Assembly (NCBI RefSeq): GCF_001194135.2
Contig: NC_068989.1
Location: forward strand, 63,164,546 to 63,228,545
Source of the DNA: Octopus bimaculoides
Taxonomy: Eukaryota
Direction: 5' to 3'
DNA: 64,000 bases
Positions 13,081-27,023 of this stretch are shown here, piece by piece (position 1 is the stretch's first letter; the number at the start of each line of letters is the position of its first letter). Made by a program: the position numbers and the translations under genes. Below the pieces are notes generated by a model that was not told the DNA's origin, ran no database searches, and saw only the letters and a list, made by a program, of their open reading frames with translations.

Positions 13081-13242
13081 TATATACGACGGGCTTCTTT
13101 CAGTCTCCGTCCACCAAATCCACTCACATGGCTTTTGTTGGCCCCAGACTATAGGAAGTGACTTGCCTAAGGTGCTACGCAGTAGGACTGAGCTCTGAAA
13201 CATGTTGTTGAGAAGCAAGTTTCTTACCACAGGGACACGCCT
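13081..13242 (-). mobile_element. Octopus-type tRNA-derived SINE, family B, 5' half
   Basis: TATACGACGGGCTTCTTTCAGT...CCACTCAC...GACTTGCCTAAGGTGCTACGCAG...CTTACCACA; same family at 28467, 38880, 53814. Confidence 0.85.
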
Positions 13243-13996
13243 ATCTCTATGAAATCTACCTGCATATATGCCCTGCCTCAGTTTTATGTAATCTGCTTAT
13301 TTGGAATGTCCCCCTGTCTGTCTTTTCATCCATAAATCAATGTATTAATGCATGTATCTATCTACACTACTTACCTATAGAACATACATCAGTTTATCTT
13401 ACTCATTATCAATGCATCGATGTATCGAATGTATGTACCAAAAGGTTAACCACAATTATATCTATCTAAAATGCCCTACATCAGTTTCTACGTTTTCGTA
13501 GCTACGTATTATAACATTAGAAGGATAATGAAAAAAAACTGGATGACAACATTATAAGCAATCTTAGTTGCACAAACACACAACACATAAACACACTAAC
13601 GTATACGCATATAGACACATATACAGAAACGCACATGCATACATACATACATACATACATACATACACACATATACATAGATATAAACATACATACCTAC
13701 ATCCATACACACACACACATGTGCACACATGCACAAATCCCAATGAGCAAACAATCATGTATGCATACACAAATCTCGTCTTTTCAAGAAGCGCATTAAA
13801 ACCGGGAATACAAATTATAAATCATTGGAATGGAGAGAGAGAGAATGTAACAGAGATGTATAGTGTTAAACACATTAACTCAATGAGCTGACATGCTAAA
13901 TCCTTTTGTTCTAGCTCTACAGATAATCAGTCAGAATATCATTATATTTATCAACCATTTGTATCTACACATCCACCTAGCTTTCGGTTTGTATAC

Positions 13997-14036
<40 letters not shown>

Positions 14037-14055
14037 TTATCTATCTATCTATTTA

Positions 14056-14087
<32 letters not shown>

Positions 14088-14339
14088 ACTCTCTCTCTCG
14101 CTCTCGATATATATACATATATATATTTATATTCATCCATCTATCAATTGATAGGTTTGTTTTCTAGCCCTGTCATGTACAGTAAGTAATGTATTCAGAA
14201 AATGCATGAATTGTATATATGCATGTATGTAGAGGGAAGAGAGAGAGGAGAGAGAGAGGAGAGAGAGACACACAAACACACACTCACATATACATGTATA
14301 CTTATATCTATATTTATCTATTTCTATCTGCATAGAATC

Positions 14340-14386
<47 letters not shown>

Positions 14387-14400
14387 GACAACAACAACAC

Positions 14401-14440
<40 letters not shown>
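14340..14440. repeat. (ATA)n microsatellite, probable tail of the adjacent minus-strand SINE
   Basis: Direct reading. Confidence 0.9.
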
Positions 14441-14441
<1 letters not shown>

Positions 14442-14638
14442 TTCTACTCTAGGCACAAGGCCCGAAACATTTGGGGGGGAACAATCGATTAGATCGACCC
14501 CAGTACACAACTGGTACTTAATTTATCAACCCCGAAACGATGAAAAGCAAAGTGGACCTCGGCGGAATTTGAACTCAGAACTTAAAGATAGACGAAATAC
14601 CGCTGAGCATTTCGCCCGGCATGCTAACAATTCTGCCA
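14441..14638 (-). mobile_element. Octopus-type SINE, family A, well preserved
   Basis: CTCTAGGCACAAGGCCCGAAA...GATCGACCCCAGTAC...GGCGGAATTTGAACTCAGAAC...GCTAACAATTCTGCC. Confidence 0.9.
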
Positions 14639-14679
14639 ATAATGATAGACTTATTTCTATTTTCCAAATAAAATTATGT

Positions 14680-16635
14680 ATTTTAACTACATCATCACGA
14701 TTGCTCTCACAGAACCTGTAAACATGCTCGCTACATTACGATCCCCTCAACAGCAGATCATTTCCGTCCACAAACACCATGCACAAAAGATTAAAAATAA
14801 ATTAAATAATACCTGTATTATTCAAGCCAAGAATAACAATCAGGAAGTACGTACTTTAAACTTGTCACACAAAAAGTACGAAAAACTGCTTGTGCAAAAC
14901 CATTTAACACCAGAAATGAAAGAACCGGTACCCTACGAAAATGATGACCGTCAAAATAAAGGGCCAGACGTTATTCCTCTCGACCCGCAAATAAAATTAT
15001 AAAAGCATAAATGGACACGTGAGGAATATATTTCAATCTAACACAACATATACATATAAAATCTGGAAGAAAAATAACCTAGATAAATATTTGGTGTCAG
15101 CAATGAAGCATAATAAAGTAGCTAACAGGCAAAGATATATTCTAAAAAAAAAAAAACAATATTAGAAATAGAAATAGAACAGTTAAAAAGAAAAATACAT
15201 AAGGAAAATGTAGATAGTAACCACGCAGCAATCCCAAATAATATCATAAGCACTGGGACTGTAAAACACGAAGACAGGCGTAACATTTCCAACATCAGCA
15301 AAGTAAACAACGAAAGACAACAAACCCAGAACGTAGAAATGTATAATGATGAACAAAATGCAACAAACCAGAACACCACAAACAAAAAGCATGAACGGGA
15401 GGGAATACGAAACAAATCTAAAACCTGGAAACAGTGAAGGTAAACCTAATGATTATGATACTCTAAAAATGACCATAATCAAAAAACTGAAAGCCAGAGA
15501 TCTGAGCATGGACCACCGGCTGTACCTCCCAAAAATTAGAATTGATACTATAATAACATCAATAATAAATAACATGAACCTGGTCCGCACAGAACTAATA
15601 GCCACAGAAACTAATGTAAATAGGACAAGGCTAAATGATATAATATAAGCAAGCAACAAAATAAAAGCTGGATACTCCCGCAAACCCATCTAAACAGGAG
15701 TTCCACCACCCAAACAAAACCTGTGGATAAATAATATCCAGAAAAAATAGAAAACAAGTGAAAAGATTTGTCAATCCTTAACGAAATTAGAAAACAATCA
15801 ACACTACTAAGCAACAAAACAAGAACAAAAATACTGTGTAAATACAAAATTGCAGAAAAAGGTACACTTGAGGTAAAAGAACAGCTAAAGCAAGAAATCC
15901 TTGACAAAGCACAAAGAATCCGCCGGTGTGAGAAACGCCAACGTTTCTTTGAACAAACAGTTCAACTCCAACCCCAAAAGTTTCTACCAAGAATTTGGCA
16001 AAAATAAAATAAGCATTAATGCAGCACCAACAGTAGAAGTAGAAGAAGTTTGGAACGAAATACGGTCGGTGTTGGAAAAACCTCAGAAAAGGTTTATCAA
16101 AGCAACGAAGTCTCTGGGTTAGACTGGGAACCGTACATACCGACAAAACTATAAAAGCTAAGAAACCGGATATTATTATAAAAGATCAGACGAAAAAATG
16201 TGTTTATTAATAGACATGAGTATTCCTTGCGATCACAATATAGCGGCGAAAGAATTTGACAAGATCAGTAAATATAAAGACTTGCTAATAGAAATTGAAC
16301 AAATGTGGCATCTCAGGACGACTACCTACCAGTGATTATTGGATCTTTAAGAATGATAAAAAAAGGCACTGAAACCTATTTGAAAATGATACCAGGCCTA
16401 TCATCCCTACAGGAAGTTCAAAAATCGTGTTAACTGGAACGACTCATGTACTGAGAAGAGCATTATCACTGTGAAAACAACATCCATTTATTAATTTTTT
16501 CTAATACATATTTTACCTGTGAATTTGCGTGTGTAAACTGGGAATGCATACAATGAGCTTCTCTGCCCTAGGTGTACGGAAAACCCTCGGCGAGAAATGG
16601 AAGAAAATTTGAACAAAGAAGAAAAAAGCAACATG

Positions 16636-16696
<61 letters not shown>

Positions 16697-16710
16697 TAAT
16701 AATAATAATC
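14680..16710 (+). mobile_element. Internally deleted R4/Dong-clade non-LTR retrotransposon: N-terminal region, REL endonuclease, 3'UTR and (ATA)n tail; no RT
   Basis: KHKWTREEY at about 15003; KQEILDKAQRIRRCEKRQ and NKQFNSNPKSFYQEF at 15890-16000; TDKTIKAKKPDIIIKD...IDMSIPCD...KEFDKISKYKDLLIEIEQMW from 16139; stop 16472-16474; (ATA)n 16635-16710. The 5' boundary is approximate. Confidence 0.85.
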
Positions 16711-17150
16711 ATGCGCCCTGATGCAGTACCAGGCAGTAGCTGTCGTGGCTTCTGATCTTAACTGATTGGAGGTTTTTTCGTGTACAATGTTTCGTCTAGG
16801 TATAAAAGTTAGGCTACAACAAATATTCTGCTCAATACCATAGATTTGCTTGTCAGTTGTTTGACGTTAACCAGTTGAGCATGTCCCTTAGTGGGTGGCA
16901 ATACGGGTATCTCTAATCACGAGCAGTAGAAGTGGGGTAGCATCATAGCCATGTGCTGAAAGGAATTATGTGGGGTTTGGATAATTCATCTTTGGAAACA
17001 TCAGTCTTTCGTTCAACATCCTTAAGCAACTCTTATTCAGGGAACTTTTGAGCAGGATGGGCTACCCGACCTAACGAAAATTCTAACTGGATCCACGCTG
17101 CAAGGTCATGCGATGTTTATCTACATGAGATCACTATGTCACGCACATAT
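16711..17150 (-). mobile_element. 3' end of an interspersed retroposon (probably RTE-related) ending in an (ATT)n tail
   Basis: Minus strand ends ...GGTACTGCATCAGGGCGCATG then (ATT)n. Recognised from memory as a recurrent octopus repeat; clade not provable here. Confidence 0.45.
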
Positions 17151-17459
17151 GGAGTGAAAGAGACAATTATCATTAAAGATGCCGGATGGTGACTGGCGGT
17201 GGAAGGATGAATGCAAGTAAACGTCAGGGGGTTACGCAAGAGTTATGAAATGAAAATAAATTATAGTATTTAATTTTATTTTAAAGTGATAAATATTTTG
17301 TCTATTGATAAAAAAAAATCGTGTTCATTCCATCAATTTACTATAAGCGCAAAGTGTAGTAAGAAGTTTCCTTCCCAATCACATTGTTCCGTGTACAGTC
17401 TTCTATTATAGCCCTTCCAACCAAAACCTTGAGAGTAGATTTGGCTGACGGACAATTAA

Positions 17460-17710
17460 ATAAAGATGCTTGTCGTATACTTAGGTGTGCTTGTTCGTCC
17501 AATTACTGCTTGACAACTGATGTTGGTTTGCTTACGTCCCTGTGACTTATCGGTTCGCCAATTAAAGGTATAAGAATATAAGATAGACATCGATAGAATA
17601 AGTACCGGATTTAATAAAAATATAATAAGCATTGGGTTAGATTTCTTCGACTAAACGCTTTGATGTTGCAACCCCATCATGGACACAGATCAATGATTGA
17701 AACAAGGAAA
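17460..17710 (+). mobile_element. SINE family B, decayed 3' half
   Basis: GCTTGACAACTGATGTTGGT...CGATAGAATAAGTACC...TTCGACTAAA...CATGG...GATTGAAACAAG; matches 62215-62415. Confidence 0.7.
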
Positions 17711-17930
17711 ATGAAAAGAAGTTAAATGTTATGTTCCTCAATAATCTTATCTTCGGTAAACCACTCTCCGACATTGAACAATAAACATGTCTAACCACAC
17801 ATAACCTTTCACTGAGAGATATCAACGCATAACGATGTTAAGTCGTTCTCTCCCTCTCACTCCCTCTCTCTTCCTCTCTCTCTCTCTCACACTCTCTCAC
17901 ACTCGCTCACTCTCTCTCACTCTCTCTCTC

Positions 17931-17979
<49 letters not shown>

Positions 17980-18379
17980 CTTTCTCCCTCTATGTACTTT
18001 TACATCGATATAGCTTTAAATATAATTTTGGAGAGCGTCTTTTGTAACTCGTGTATCAAAATGTTGGCTGTCTGCACATTTTATTATTACTAAATGAACC
18101 ACATAGCAAAATTTAATAATATTTAATTAATTATTCTAATTATTGTTTTTTAGGCATGTCTCCAATGTTTCGCACGTCAACATTTTTGTTTTTTCTTGAG
18201 ACTGCTTATGTTTTCTTGTCATAGCCTTCATTTCCTCCTCAAATTTTACCCTCCTGTAATCTGTCTGTAATAACGTCTCCTTCGTCATATTACTGTTATT
18301 GCTCTGTGAACTACATTACATCATTTAACTTATGGTTACTACTCAATGTTCTGCAATAACTTTTTCTTTCATCATCTCA

Positions 18380-18790
18380 CCGTTTCTTTCACCATTGTTA
18401 CCGTTATCATCATCCTCCGCTTCATTCCCACTCTCTTTCTTTACTTCCTCATCATCATCATGGTTCTTACAGTCCTCACACTCAACCTCATCCTAATTAT
18501 ATCGTTATAATTATTATCTTCGTCGCCGTCGTCGTCTTCAGCAACACCATCATAACCATCATTATAGTTTTCGCTTTTACTCTTGTCATCTGCCCCCCCC
18601 CCTCATCCTCATCCTTCCCATAAACATCCTCCTCACAATCATCATCACCATATTCATAACCTCACCACCACCACTACCACCTTCTTCATCATTATTACTA
18701 TAATCATTGTCGCCGTCGACGCCATCGTCGTCATCGTCATCATCATTAGCGGCAATAGTCTCTCAATTATACACATTATTGTATTCACTT
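18380..18790. repeat. Cryptic trinucleotide low-complexity tract (CAT/CAC/CGT/TAT)
   Basis: Runs of CATCAT, CACCAC and CGTCGT. Confidence 0.85.
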
Positions 18791-19779
18791 TCTTCATCTT
18801 TTCTTTTAAACTTAATTAGATTTCTTCCTTGTTTGTTTTTGTATTCTAAGGTTTATGTTTGATTTTGTGCTTGTATGACGGTGTTTTTGTTTTTAATTAT
18901 TTTAAAGTTTATTGTCTGTGAAGTGTTAACTTCTTTAAAAAAAAAAAAAGAAAAGACTTCAAGATAGTTCTCTACATGAAGTCATTATTTTGAGCGTTAT
19001 TTATGAACTATAAGGTGAATCTCTAAACGAATTATTATCGATAAAGAACTTCAGTTTAGCATTGCCTAGAGAATAATCTAATTAAGATAATAAAAATAGC
19101 TAACAAATAAAATTCATTACCGAAGGAAATTAACACACGGGGTAATAGCATTCCAAATAATTTCCAAAGAAAATGTATCATGTTGTGTTACCAATAGCTA
19201 ATTCCTACATTAATAACTAAATTATCCAAATTATTGAACTTGACATTTCAAATTGGTCAAAAACATGGCATAATATACACAAGTAGAGCTAGTCTTCATT
19301 ATAACAGGAATTCCAATATTTAATTTTTCAATAATTTTCCTAAAAACATTGTTTAACCTAATAGAAATATAAAGTACAAAAATACATATTTCAAGCAATT
19401 ATTTTATGTATACAAATGTTGCTTGTAAAGGATTAGATTAACGCCATTCCGTTGGTAATAACAACCTTTTGAAAGATAAATTTACATCTTTGACGTTGAG
19501 TTCTTGTAAAAATTTACAGTGATCGATATTGTAAAGCTATACGATTAACGATTTATAGCATTAAGATCTACGTTCCCAGTTGGTCAAAATACTAACACCT
19601 TAGTGAAAGTAACGGATGTTTTATTACTTACTTTTCTTCTTTCGTTTAAAACTAAGTGCCTCCATGTTAAAGGAAAACCTAATAAACTTAATAATAAAAA
19701 CTGATGAAATGTCTTTAAACATTGTGCCCGGCACGCAATCTATTTTGCCGTTTCGCCACCTTAATAATAATTATAACAA

Positions 19780-19995
19780 TCTTTTCTGCTATAGGCAGGA
19801 AGTATAAAATTTTGGCGGAGGGGCAAGCTGATTGGCTAGTTGATTACGTTGATCCCAGGGCTTTACTGGTACTTATTTCATGGAGCCAGAAACGATGAAA
19901 GGCAAAGTCGACCTCGGTGGAATTTGAAATCAGTACGTAAAAGACGGGTGAAATATCGCTCAGCAATATTATCATACACGACAAAGAATCTAACA
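19780..19995 (-). mobile_element. Octopus-type SINE, family A
   Basis: CTGGTACTTATTTC...CGATGAAAGGCAAAGTCGACCTCGGTGGAATTTGAA. Confidence 0.8.
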
Positions 19996-20057
19996 TCTCG
20001 GTGCCTTACTACTACTACTACTACTACTACTAATAATAATAATAATAATAATAATAC

Positions 20058-20410
20058 AAAGACCTGGAAATAGAGATAACTCGAATGTGGAATCTAAAAA
20101 CAGAAACAATTCCTATCATAGTAGGTGCCTTAGGTATAATAAAAAAATATTCAGACAAATACATAACAAAAACACCAGGACTTACAAATATATATAACAT
20201 ACAGAAAATTGCACTACTGCGTACTGCACATATTCTACGCAAAATACTTTCAATACAGTAAACATAAGAGCACCACAGCAAACCACAGCACATACCCAAG
20301 GCGCACAGAGCTGCGCTCGGTAGTGAAGTGAAAGCACGTTATAAAAATAAAACTACTGAACAATAATAATAATAGTAATAATAACAATAATAATAATAAT
20401 AACAATTACA
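20058..20410 (+). mobile_element. 5'-truncated R4/Dong-clade LINE end embedded in (AAT)n
   Basis: Open frame 20058-20261: KDLEIEITRMWNLKTETIPIIVGALGIIKKYSDKYITKTPGLTNIYNIQKIALLRTAHILRKILSIQ*; then 3'UTR and (AAT)n tail; (ACT)n(AAT)n immediately upstream. Confidence 0.88.
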
Positions 20411-21027
20411 ACAACAGCAACGACAAGAAGAGAATTTCTAGCTTTTGCATTTCGCGGCGTTCAAAAGTTGAGCGAGATTAAAGCAGTCAGGTTTTAGAGA
20501 AAAGCACAGGTGCATACATAATTATATTAATGCTATACTACAATTGAAATCGTATCAGTTGTTTCTCTCTAGAGATATTGCTTGTTTATATTACTACGTC
20601 AAAAAAGATTCTTCAGTCACATCTCTGTTGTTTGAGTCAATGTAATTATAAACTTGATCCCACTGATATTTTCATTGTACACTATATCGATTCTCCGAGG
20701 AGAAAATGATAGATCTTAGAGAATTGCGAGACACATTTAAACTTCAGACCATTAGGATGCAAAACTACAAGCTAAAATGAAAGCTTTCGGGATTACAAAC
20801 CACGAAGTATACTTACCTTTCCCCTGTATGTCAATTAAGATCATTGATAAATGTCTAATATTTATTTCAGAGACCAATGTCTCATGAAATAAAAAAACAA
20901 AAAAAAAAATAGAAGATGCATGCACCAACACGAATGTCTCACGTTTGATGTGGGAATGGGAAACCTTTCTGAGCAACGTAATGGATTGTTGATANNNNNN
21001 NNNNNNNNNNNNNNNNNNNNNNNNNNN

Positions 21028-21078
<51 letters not shown>

Positions 21079-21201
21079 CGTGTGTGTATAGGTATGTAAA
21101 TATATACATACATATACACACACGCACATACACATGTATGTGTGTTACACATACGTATTATATATATATATGTAATGTATATATACACACATATGCATGT
21201 A

Positions 21202-21249
<48 letters not shown>

Positions 21250-21825
21250 TGTGTGTGTGTGTGTTCACATATCTATGAGTTTGTGCACGTGTATCTATGC
21301 AGAAATACGCAAAAGAGAAACAAATAATTGCCGATTATGCTATGTATTGTTTAAGATTTTCTGTAATTTACCTTCTTCACATAGAAACATGTCGGCAGGT
21401 TACCCGAGAAATATCCAAGCTTTGGCATTAGTATGGTCTCGCTGGAGTTACATTGTGTATATATCGAACATGTTATAATGTTCTACTTCCTAATTACTGT
21501 CGTTGTACATGAAGCCTTTCTGAATATAGGGTGACTGCATATAAGTAATATCACCTTCAGGAAATGTGCAACGGACCCCTTTATTTTTGCATGTTGTACA
21601 ATAAGCAACACATCGACGTTTCCCATCCAACACACAAATGTGGAATCTAAAATGCACGACATTCAAAATCTATTGCGTAACTTTCACATAATTCTTAAAC
21701 TAGGAAGTTTTTTCATACCAGTTCTTTATACCAGTCCCTTCATACAGCATTTAAAAATAGTCGTATATATATACATATGTATACAAAGGCTATCAATGTC
21801 ATTTATATATAAAGGCTATCAAATT

Positions 21826-22150
21826 ATCAAGAGCAAACGCCTAGGAAGATTGACGGAAGGGGGCTTTTTTCAACAGGACAATGCTCCAACACAATTCCTT
21901 CCTTTTAGTGTAGGTATGTGGCATCGAACTGGTTGATCACCTTCCCTGTTCTCCTGATTTGGTCTCATCTGACTATCAAGTGTTCCCCAATAGGAAAAAA
22001 CATTGGGCTGGGAATCAGCATCGCAGGAATATCTGCTGTTGGTTACTTTTGTGACCAACAGGATCAAAGCTTAACCAATAGGATCCAAACACTTCAATAC
22101 CGATGGTAGAAATGTGCGGACCACAAAGGAGACTATGTTAAAAAATAAAC
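21826..22150 (+). mobile_element. mariner transposase C-terminal relic
   Basis: KSKRLGRLTEG..FQQDNAPT, DHLPCSPDLVSSDYQVFP (cf. YSPDLAPSDY) and RW*KCADHKGDYVKK; frameshifted. Confidence 0.85.
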
Positions 22151-22318
22151 CTTATTTCATCACATTCCATGAGAGTAACTTGCTCTAGCTTTGAACATTT
22201 CACCTAATCCTCGTATTATTCATATTAAAAATAACAAATTTGTTTTCTAACTAAAGTATTGGGTAATGCTTCAGTTTAAGGTAAGATTATTTTCATTATG
22301 ATATAAAAAACAAACAAC

Positions 22319-22545
<227 letters not shown>

Positions 22546-22775
22546 TTGTGCGTGTGCTAAACACTCACCGGGAATTTATCGATATTATGTGAATGTCTTC
22601 TATCACTGAGTATAAATGTCTTTATAATCTTTTCTTGCAATGAAATCAATAGATTACTTACATGATTACAAGAACAGTAATAAATTTCTGACACTTAAAT
22701 ATATGCTATGTTTAAGATTATGTACAGATAGTACCCTTAATTTTTATAACATACAAATTTATTATATACATGTGC

Positions 22776-22816
<41 letters not shown>

Positions 22817-22826
22817 NNNNNNNNNN

Positions 22827-22860
<34 letters not shown>

Positions 22861-23910
22861 ATGTGTGTGTGAAGACTTTTTTGTTTATTTGTCTGTAAGT
22901 GTTAGATGTTGGGCGGGTTGTATGTGCTGGTATCTATATGTTTCTGCGTATTTGTGTGTACAATCCATATTTCAGGAATGAATGATTTTTTGTTAGGGAC
23001 AACAGCATATAATTTCCTGCTGGAAAATTACATAACTTACAATTTGTCAACTTCACTTTCAATATGAAGACGACTATTATTAAATATTCCGCCAATGCGA
23101 ATCATAGGAGCGGCAAGATTAGTTGAATGATATGTTGTCACCAGAACAGACTATATTTGTTCATATATATATAAATGTTGTTTTAATACACACGTTAACT
23201 GACAGGGTCTGTTTGGCTGGTGATAGGGGGTAGGTGGTAACAGAAAAATGCCACTTCAAATCGTTGGTGTTTCCTGATCAATATTTTCTGGCACATTCAA
23301 ATGTTGAATAAAGATATATTTAAAGTACAACTGACAGAGCCAAATACATATTAGCCCATTTCACTGTCCTAAAATACCTTGGCTTCAGATCATGCAAATA
23401 TTATTTTTTGTTTTTAGTACATCAAACTGTTAATGGAAGTGTTTACCGTGTATATTTGGAGTGCAACTTAAGATTCTCTTTATAGATAATATCAAAATAT
23501 TTTATTTCATTTTGGCTCAAAACCAGTTTTTGAAGAATCGCACAGTCAGTTGAATCGTTGTCAGTATCTCATAGATATTCGTTTAATTCATTTGAAAGAT
23601 TTCATCTTATTTCACTAAAATATCGTTAAACAAACGTTAAGAAACAAAAGTATATATTGAGTGTGACAACCACAATTATTCCATTATGATTCAGCAACAA
23701 ATAGAATTGTAAATTACTTTAAAATTGACTGTAGCGAATACCTTATATTATAATGAACAAAAACCTTATTTATTCAGGATATGCAGCATGATGTACATAA
23801 TATGTGTGTGTATGTGTGTGTGTGTGTGTGTGTATGTGTGTGTAGGTGTGTGTGTGTGTGCGTGTGTGTGTGTGTGTGTCTGTGTGTGTCTGTGTGTGTG
23901 CGTGTGTGAA

Positions 23911-24200
23911 GGCGCATGGCTCAGTGGTTAGAGCGTCGAATTTACGACCCTGAGGTTGTGAATTCGAATCCTGGACCGGGCTGCGTGTTGTGTTCTTGAG
24001 CAACACACTTTATTTCACGTTGCTCCAGTTTAATCACCTTTAGAAATGAGTTGCGATATCACTGGTGCCTTTCCCTTGGATAACATTGGTGGCGTTGAGA
24101 AGGAAGGCTGGTATACATGGGCGACTGCTGGTCTTCCATAAACAACCTTACCCGGATTTGTGCCTTGGAGATTAACTTTCTAGGTCCAATCCCGAAGGGG
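23911..24200 (+). mobile_element. tRNA-derived SINE, family C
   Basis: A box TGGCTCAGTGG and B box-like GAATTCGAATCC, then GTGTTGTGTTCTTGAGCAACACACTT and a non-tRNA body; no acceptor stem. Confidence 0.85.
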
Positions 24201-24561
24201 GTGTCCGATGCATATNNNNNNNNNNNNNNNNNNNNNNNNNNNNNNNNNNNNNNNNNNNNNNNNNNNNNNNNNNNNNNNNNNNNNNNNNNNNNNNNNNNNN
24301 NNNNNNNNNNNNNNNNNNNNNNNNNNNNNNNNNNNNNNNNNNNNNNNNNNNNNNNNNNNNNNNNNNNNNNNNNNNNNNNNNNNNNNNNNNNNNNNNNNNN
24401 NNNNNNNNNNNNNNNNNNNNNNNNNNNNNNNNNNNNNNNNNNNNNNNNNNNNNNNNNNNNNNNNNNNNNNNNNNNNNNNNNNNNNNNNNNNNNNNNNNNN
24501 NNNNNNNNNNNNNNNNNNNNNNNNNNNNNNNNNNNNNNNNNNNNNNNNNNNNNNNNNNNNN

Positions 24562-24594
<33 letters not shown>

Positions 24595-26127
24595 CACATA
24601 CACACACACACACACACATATATATATGGCATGTTGAAGGAGATACTAAATTCCTTGCTTGTAATAGCATCTCAAAAGAAATTGGTTTGTGTGGGAAGAT
24701 TTAATAGTCTATATTCTTCATTCACTATGGAAACTTTAAAATTCTTGTATAGGAATCAATGTTTGTATTTTTGTTTTAAATATATTCCTAGCGTTAATCG
24801 CGCCTAGTTTTATTTGACATTAACGTTATGTCAGCAATAGATTTAAATATTTATAAGTTGTATGTACCCTCATGTTTTTTGTTTGTTTGTTTGTTTTTTT
24901 GCCGTTTATTTCCGAATATTTACTTTATACGTAGCATACGTGAACGTATACACATCCCACCATTTTTAGAGTTAACTATATTGAAACAGCCAAAATTAAA
25001 ACTGAAATAGTGATATTTAATGGTACACTCTTATTTTTTGATTTAATCTTGTGCTTAGAGAACTACATAAAACTTCCTGTCATATGAATATTTTGAATTT
25101 TTAACTTGAAATTATTTGTATTGTTGTCTATACAAATAATGAACTTTTTCCTATGTAGTTACTTAAGTTTTCGTCACATGGTTTTTATCGATTTTCCTTA
25201 TATTGCACAGAAGTCTGTCTGTTAGTCTCACATTAAATTTATGGGAAAAATTGTTTCCTTTAATAAATAAAATTGGAAAATGTCATTAAAATTTCCAGCC
25301 GTTATCGAAATCAAATTTTTTTATGAAAGACATTTTTAAAATATAGAGCATTCCACTATAAACAATGAAGTGTTTATGAATGCAAAACTTTACCAACATT
25401 AATATCACTTAGTTTTTCATGCAAAATGCAATATTTAGATATTTGTGCCTTTAATAATCTCTAATTAGTTGAGGCAATATTGAGTGCAATCATTCAGTCG
25501 CCATTTTATTTGGGATAGAAGAGAAGATTTAAGAAATTCAGGTGTAGGTTCCCTAAAATCATTATATCATAAGCTCCACAATTCATGATAACACTGGAAT
25601 TTTAGACCTAGTAAATTTCAGATTTTTACATATTAGACACTTTCAGTGTTCCTTTCTATTACAAACTAATTTTCTATAATTTTAACTCGTTACACTCTTT
25701 CAATTCCTTAGCTTACTGGCAACACTATCCAGTCTTTCTGTCATTTACGTCTCTAATAAAATAAATGTTCGTTATTTTTTCTCGTGAACATTTCTAGTAA
25801 ATGTTCGTGATCCTTTAACCGTTTCCAGTATATTAATGTAAAGCAAATATGTTTTGGAATGATTGATAAGTCTGTGATGATAGGCTGGGAAGCTAGAAGA
25901 AAGTTTGTTTCTCTGCTGTATTGAAATATTAAAGGACGACGAATCTTCTCCCCGGAGTTAATTTCTTTTGAGGTAACTAAATCTTAAAGAGCTTATTTAT
26001 TTCAGCATATTTCCAAATAACAATCTCGAAAGAATGCTAGAATACAGTATTTTTATCAAGCAGTTTGATAAGGAGTCATTAATCAGTGGATATTCTTTGT
26101 ATAAAACACACACACATATATAAAATA

Positions 26128-26148
<21 letters not shown>

Positions 26149-26220
<72 letters not shown>
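26149..26220. repeat. (TA)n microsatellite
   Basis: Direct reading. Confidence 0.95.
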
Positions 26221-26221
<1 letters not shown>

Positions 26222-26983
26222 GCAGCAAATTTGATAGCAGGATTATACTACCACCTTGTCAATTCCGAGTTAACCCTGAAGGTTTTAATTAATGGTAAAT
26301 CGTTAAATTCCAAAGCCTTATATCATTGCAGTAAATCCATTAATGGGAGGGTGCATGTATATTCATAACTGGCTAGCATTATCCTTCAGCTTAATATATG
26401 TTTAAAATCAAGTAAACACAAGTTTCATAGATAGATCACGATTACTTTCAATACTTGTTTCTTTACAAATAAACATGACTCCCTACTGCATAATTAATAA
26501 ACGCATATAATTGATATGAATTGATTTAAATTAATTTCACTTAAAACGATGAAGCATTACGAATCAGCAGGAACAATACCAGCTCAGGTAGTCATTAAAC
26601 GCTGCTTATTTAAATGCAAAATTAATATCTGTTGAAATTAATTAAATTATCATTTGTGAATTGTATGCTTTTTTCATTTTAACCTCCCTCTCCCCCACTC
26701 GCTCCCAATTATCCTCCTCTGTTTTCCTCCATCTTTCTCTCTCTCTCTCCGTCTCTCTCTCTGTATGTGAGTGTGCGCGTGTATGTGTATATACGTGCAT
26801 GTATATATTTATGCATATCTATGTATATACGTATATTTAAATATATATATTTATATACGTACATACATATATATACATATATATATGTATATACACTAAC
26901 GCACACACACATAAAGAGAGAGTGAGAGAGGAAGATGAAGAAAAGAAGAGGGGGAGAATTGGGAGCGAGAGGGGAAGAGGGGG

Positions 26984-27023
<40 letters not shown>

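Noticed and set aside
23911-23985. tRNA gene
   Set aside because: A/B boxes are present but there is no cloverleaf acceptor stem, and it continues into a SINE body.
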